From an uncultured Gemmataceae bacterium (GTDB lineage Bacteria; Planctomycetota; Planctomycetia; Gemmatales; Gemmataceae), in NCBI GenBank assembly GCA_963750165.1, contig CAVVPN010000012.1, forward strand, positions 1,024,001 to 1,088,000: a stretch of 64,000 nucleotides of DNA, read 5' to 3'. The notes beneath the pieces are model-generated. The model was given only the letters and a program-made list of their open reading frames with translations, did not search any database and was not told the DNA's origin. The position numbers were made by a program, and so were the translations under genes. This document shows positions 62,891 through 64,000 of this stretch, in pieces. How positions within the stretch are numbered: position 1 is the first letter of the stretch; each line of letters begins with the position of its first letter.

Positions 62891-64000
62891 TCAATCCACG
62901 AACGCGAATTCGTTCGACAGCAACAGCACCTGGGCGTAGCGCTCCCACGGGCCGAGCCCCTGCGCCCCCGGCGGCGTCTCCCGCGTCGCCGCCTGGACGA
63001 ACGCCACGCCCAGCCGCACCTCGTCGGCGTCGGCGGCCCGGCCGAAGACGACGCGATACAGCTGCTGCACGCGCGCCGCCGGCTGGACCGGGCCGGTGAC
63101 CTCGGGCCGATGGGCCAGCAGCCGTGCCTGTTCCAGCACGAACGGGCTGTTCATCAGGAACAGCGCCTGCTGCGGCACCGTGGTCTGGTAGCGCTGCGCC
63201 GTGCTGGCGTCGGGGCTGGCGAAGTCGAAGGTGCGGAACAGGCCCGGCAAGTTCTGTCGCTCGATGAAGCCGTACACCGAGCGGCGGCCGCTAAACGGCG
63301 CGGTCACGATGTTCACCGCGGCGCCGCCCATTTTCAGGTCGAGCTTGCCGCTGACCGCCAGCAGACTGTCACGCAGTGCCTCGAACTCAAGCCGGCGGCG
63401 GTTCTGTCGCCACAGCAGCCGGTTCTCCGGATCGACGCGCGCCGCCTGCGGGACCACCCCGCTCTGCTGCCGATAGGCGTGCGCTAGCAGCATCAGCCGG
63501 TGCAATTTCTTGACGGACCAGCCCTCATCAACGAAGCGCTTCGCCAGGTAATCGAGCAGCTCGGGGTGGCTGGGCGGGTCGCTGCGCGTGCCGAAGTCGC
63601 TGGGCGTCGTGACCAGGCCCGCTCCGAAATGGTGCCGCCACAGCCGATTCACCAGGACGCGGGCCGTCAACGGGTTGTCCTTGCTGGCGATGGCCTGGGC
63701 CAGTTCCAGACGGCCGCTGCCCTTCTGGAACGGCTTACGCTGCGGGCCGGCCAGCACTCCCAGGAACTGCCGCGGCACCAGCGGCCCGGGAGTGTTCGGG
63801 CTGCCGCGCTTCAGCACCCGCGCCTGCACCGGGGCTGCCCTGTCCACCAGCACCATCGCCCGCGGCGGCGCGAACGGCGACCCCGCCTGCCAGGCATCGA
63901 CCTTCTTTTGCAGCGCCTTCAGGGCGTCGCGGAATTTACGGTTTTTCGCCGCCAACTCCTGCTTGTTTTTTTCCTTGAATTCGGCCACCGCCCGCTCGCG
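62891..64000 (-). CDS. PSD1/DUF1553 (planctomycete PSCyt/PSD) protein, 5' end outside the window
   Basis: GSGRLELA, NPLTARVLVNRLW.HHFG, PSHPELLDYLA, RRLEFEALRD, PQQALFLMNS. Confidence 0.92.
   Translation of the reverse strand, partial: RERAVAEFKEKNKQELAAKNRKFRDALKALQKKVDAWQAGSPFAPPRAMVLVDRAAPVQARVLKRGSPNTPGPLVPRQFLGVLAGPQRKPFQKGSGRLELAQAIASKDNPLTARVLVNRLWRHHFGAGLVTTPSDFGTRSDPPSHPELLDYLAKRFVDEGWSVKKLHRLMLLAHAYRQQSGVVPQAARVDPENRLLWRQNRRRLEFEALRDSLLAVSGKLDLKMGGAAVNIVTAPFSGRRSVYGFIERQNLPGLFRTFDFASPDASTAQRYQTTVPQQALFLMNSPFVLEQARLLAHRPEVTGPVQPAARVQQLYRVVFGRAADADEVRLGVAFVQAATRETPPGAQGLGPWERYAQVLLLSNEFAFVD

Overview
GC-rich bacterial DNA that looks like a planctomycete, probably Gemmataceae. Support: PSD1/DUF1553 with DUF1501, two DUF4058 genes, 'LExLExR' secreted proteins, HEAT-capped WD40 proteins and several REP-like palindrome families. 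Housekeeping genes include a DinG-family helicase, aldose epimerase, Ldh2 oxidoreductase, phosphohexomutase, glgB, an S9 peptidase and nusB-PHP-ftsY. The best candidate for an uncharacterised system is 15.6-24.3 kb. It is a translationally coupled cluster of the Salmonella STM4011-STM4015 type: two radical SAM enzymes, an alkaline-phosphatase-superfamily hydrolase, an ATP-grasp ligase and three LRR paralogues ending in RY-x4-[SD]E-like tails. A convergent pair follows, an LRR-DUF6745 protein and a small His-rich 'RQGDV' protein. Also notable: a small ORF plus HEPN (RxxxxH) module, a secretion-motif/HTH chimera next to a candidate operator, a ~3,660-aa adhesin with 16 cadherin-like repeats lacking Ca-binding residues, and a REPIN-flanked gene splitting the PSD1-DUF1501 pair. 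About nine genes positions carry 1-2 nt frameshifts, most likely assembly errors. All family names come from motif recognition, not database searches. I found no rRNA, tRNA or CRISPR array.
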